From the NCBI GenBank assembly GCA_905178155.1, contig CAJINV010000016.1:310001-374000 (forward strand): a stretch of DNA of 64,000 nucleotides. Reading direction: 5' to 3'. Positions 60,906 to 64,000 of the stretch are shown in pieces. The notes under the pieces were generated by a model, which ran no database searches, had not been told where the DNA came from, and worked only from the letters and a program-made list of their open reading frames with translations. Made by a program: the position numbers and the translations under genes. This DNA is from Amoebophrya sp. A120 (lineage: Eukaryota > Protista > Dinoflagellata). Position 1 is the stretch's first letter. Each line of letters opens with the position of its first letter.

Positions 60906-62192
60906 CTACACCGCGCCCCCAGAGGCGTCATTCTTCGCTTTTTCAAGCAGCAAGGAAGCTTCCTCATCTTCATCTTGCAAGGTGGCATTGCCACGACCAG
61001 CAAACGAAGCACTTCTCGCAGCAGCCGTTCCACTCGTCGCGTTAGCACCATTAGCAGCAGCAGCGCTCGTCCTCCCAGATGAAATACTAGCAACGCCCCC
61101 CGCGCAGTTGATGTAGAGAAGAAACACGAAGGAGATCACCAATAGAGAGCCCACCCCTCCGATGATGTAAATCTGCATGTTCTTTGCTGCAGCGCCCGAT
61201 GAAAAAGGAGCCTCCTCTCGTCCAGGTTCATTTTGCAGTTCGTCCTTTGTAGTAGAAGATGCTCCGCCTAGCGCTCCACGCATCTGCCGCTCGAGATGCT
61301 CCGTTTTTTTAGCCTGGAGGTCTGGTAGTTCCTGATTCATTTGACTGCTCAACAACATCTGCTGCTGCTCTTGTTTCATCTGCTTTTCCTCGTCTGTTTC
61401 CTGCCGCTGCCGTTTCGACACTGCTTGTCGGGCTTTTTCACCTTCTTCATCTTGTCGTACAGCAATGTCCCTAGTACTTCTTGTTCCGGTACTACCCGCA
61501 ACATCTTCATCACCGTGCGGTGCTAGTCGTAGTCCTTGCAGTCCTACCCCGAGCTCCTGCGGCTTCGCAAGCTGCGACTCCCGCTGTTGCAATTTCGTGT
61601 ACAGCGTGACCAGATGTTGTTTTTGCTCCTCATCCGAGGCTTGGACGAGGCATGTTTTCATCAGGCTTTCGACGCCCTTTTTCACTTCCCCCGGCAAAGA
61701 CCCCGACTTCCAATTCGCGAGGTAATTTTCGGACAGAGCCGACTCCGGAATCCCGCTACATTGTAGTGAGATAGTCGGGTCGATGTGCGAGACATATCCC
61801 GAATACGCCCAGATGCAGATGCACCAGTGTTTTCCGCTCTGTTCTTCCGACCAATTGGAGCCCTGGTTGGTTTTCGTAGAGAAGTCGCCCGGGAGTTTGC
61901 TCGCACAAATTTGGTGCAGTCCCGGATCTGAGCTGGCGTCCCCGCCGTCGCAGTAGCCAGTGGAAGCCGGTCCCGGAGCCGTTCCGCACTTCTCGACGGG
62001 TTGGCCGAAGAGGTTCAGCTTCTGTTCTTGCCGGGCCGATACGAAATGGAACAGGGGCGGGGTGACCTCCTGGTGGTTCTTCTGGAGGAGCAGGATTGTT
62101 TCAGCAAGCAGGTTCAGAAGGAAGAAATTCTTGTTGTACATCTTTAGACCCACGCGGCCGGGGAGCAACGAATCTTTTCTACGATCAAACAT
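60906..62192 (-). CDS. DUF2237-like Cys-rich protein with C-terminal TM helix, copy A (uninterrupted ORF; ATG may be the internal MYNKNFF)
   Basis: 428-aa ORF; NLFGQPVEKC..TGYCDG..GLHQIC..WCICIWAY matches my recollection of the DUF2237 pattern; TM IYIIGGVGSLLVISFVFLLYI. Confidence 0.8.
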   Translation of the reverse strand: MFDRRKDSLLPGRVGLKMYNKNFFLLNLLAETILLLQKNHQEVTPPLFHFVSARQEQKLNLFGQPVEKCGTAPGPASTGYCDGGDASSDPGLHQICASKLPGDFSTKTNQGSNWSEEQSGKHWCICIWAYSGYVSHIDPTISLQCSGIPESALSENYLANWKSGSLPGEVKKGVESLMKTCLVQASDEEQKQHLVTLYTKLQQRESQLAKPQELGVGLQGLRLAPHGDEDVAGSTGTRSTRDIAVRQDEEGEKARQAVSKRQRQETDEEKQMKQEQQQMLLSSQMNQELPDLQAKKTEHLERQMRGALGGASSTTKDELQNEPGREEAPFSSGAAAKNMQIYIIGGVGSLLVISFVFLLYINCAGGVASISSGRTSAAAANGANATSGTAAARSASFAGRGNATLQDEDEEASLLLEKAKNDASGGAV

Positions 62193-63392
62193 AGAGCAGA
62201 GGATAAATGAAAATGGCGCGACTAGTTGTAGATAAAGATGACGAAACTAAATACATAAAAACTGGCGTGAGATTGTGCGCAACCGCTACCTCAATAATCG
62301 ACGATGGATATAGATACTTACCTCGTCCACCACAAATGAATATAGATACCCGGCAATGTCAAACATCAACAGATACGATTTATCGTCCCACTAGATCATG
62401 AGCAATCGATATTATCGGGGCGAGGTAGATACCAACGACAAGATTGAGCAGATCGGTGTTTGGATTCGAGGGAGTGTGCTATGGTGCGACGAAAACGAAT
62501 GTACGGAGGTGCAAGGACTGACTTTCCCTTTCACCTCCAAAATCGGAGTGAGGAGAGACTCCTTAACCTTATCTTCATGTCCCAATCTTTATGAAACGAC
62601 GATGATCTTCTACAACGAGAGCGACCACAAGTTCCATGAACCCCATCTAGATCTACTCAACCACCAAATCAATATTTAGCGAGATCTATTGCAGTAGCAA
62701 ACGAGTGGTCACGGATACGATTGGGTATAACATTTTGCACCCGAAAGAGCTATTTTAAGACGAATTACCCACGACGAGGAACAAAAACCGGGCAGCTCTG
62801 TACGGCGTGTCATCATCTCTCCTCTGGCTTCTACTGGAGCAGAGGCAGCTCATGTGGTATTGTAAGTACCCACAACTGACATTCATGTAGTTTCTTGCTT
62901 TCATCCTTTATTTCCTGTTGTTCGTTCGAAGTTGCAATGTTGTTCGATGTTCTAAAAGCCACTGGTTTGCAAGTTGTTCTTTGTTCGCTGCTGTCACCAA
63001 TTGTCGAGTTGTCACATGATGATTTCCTGTCGACGAGTTGTCATGCTCTTATCTGCCTAGCACGAAACATTACCTGCTTTGATGCGCCCCCATCGCGCAT
63101 AATGTTGTAGAAGCGGGCGTAACTACTACACTCTTGGTCATTCATGATCTCTGTTCTTTCCCCAGTAGCATCAATCATCATGCGCGCAATTCAGTAAAAT
63201 AAAATGAAAATCACTTCGTTCGTTGCTTTCAAGAAGAGGGAGGTGGCTATCCGGAAAATTGATGTGCAATTAGATGAAAAAATAGCTTCCACGTCGGCGG
63301 GACGAAATGTTATATGTAGCTAGCATCATTTTCATCGCCCGGTGTAAATTCACCAGAAGAGTAGACGAGAATATTAGACTTCACTCAGTGCG

Positions 63393-63654
63393 TATCAACT
63401 CCAAAAATGTCTGGGTCTGGAAGATTGCCACGTTTGTCATGCAGGTTTTCTATGGCCCATAAAGTTTAGAATGCAGCACCTAGCATGACAAATTCTGTGA
63501 GATCTCTATCATGCCTATCATGCATGAGAAATTGCCTCTCAACTTGGTAAAAAAGGGCGGCTGTTGGTAATCACGCAACACAGATTTTTTGCACGATTCA
63601 GATTTAGCATGACAAGTTGCAACCTTCCAGACCCAGACATATTTGCATTTCATA
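63393..63654. mobile_element. Family A element
   Basis: Perfect TSD gtgcg. Confidence 0.9.
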
Positions 63655-64000
63655 GTGCGTCACGTTTTCCACCGTTAAGCTCCCCTTTCCGTCCACACTG
63701 AACATGAGGTCAATGTGGTGGTGCGATGTTTCTTCGATAGAGACGGTGGTGAGAGGCGTCCCGTCGGCGGCCACCACTTCAATGTTGAAGGAACCTGATA
63801 TACAATATTTTCTAGGTAGGTGAGGTTCACCATAGTCTCGATCCACGCAACATCACACCAGTGAAGACCTTGTGATGGGCCGCCGTCGTCCATGCAAAAA
63901 TTCAACGATTCGGAATAAGTATAATCAGGTGATGTTCTTTGTCATGCAACAAACATGAAATGCAGCTATGGTACCTGGTGCGCATGCGAAGCTCTCCTTC

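Noticed and set aside
6614-63846. Recurrent short ORFs with motifs such as [25 protein letters not shown] and LCKSIVL
   Set aside because: These are translations of introner TIRs in different frames, not a protein family.

Overview
Eukaryotic nuclear DNA, most likely a parasitic dinoflagellate of the Amoebophrya/Syndiniales type. This is inferred from alveolate-type PPKL genes, all genes lying on one strand, and dense repeat-derived non-canonical introns. All recognisable genes are on the minus strand: a very long unknown protein, a second unknown protein, a Kelch-repeat/Rab1-like GTPase fusion, two tandem Kelch-like Ser/Thr phosphatases (PPKL/BSU1-like), an ABHD17-like depalmitoylase and two DUF2237-like membrane paralogues. 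The dominant feature is about 65 short (mostly 130-420 bp) non-autonomous elements from about 9 sequence families. Almost all are bounded by terminal inverted repeats (TIRs) of the form TAT...ATA and by 5-bp target-site duplications (TSDs), and most interrupt coding sequence as non-GT-AG introns (introners). Conserved protein motifs at mismatched TSDs place the splice junction between TSD nt 4 and nt 5 (intron = N+TAT...ATA+NNNN). This geometry persists after the TSD has decayed, and in one case it implies a 1-nt exon or sequential splicing. Also present: nested elements and three 1-1.5 kb islands flanked by long (25-53 bp) direct repeats. No transposase was recognised. Coordinates were read by eye, and splicing is inferred from reading frames, not from RNA.
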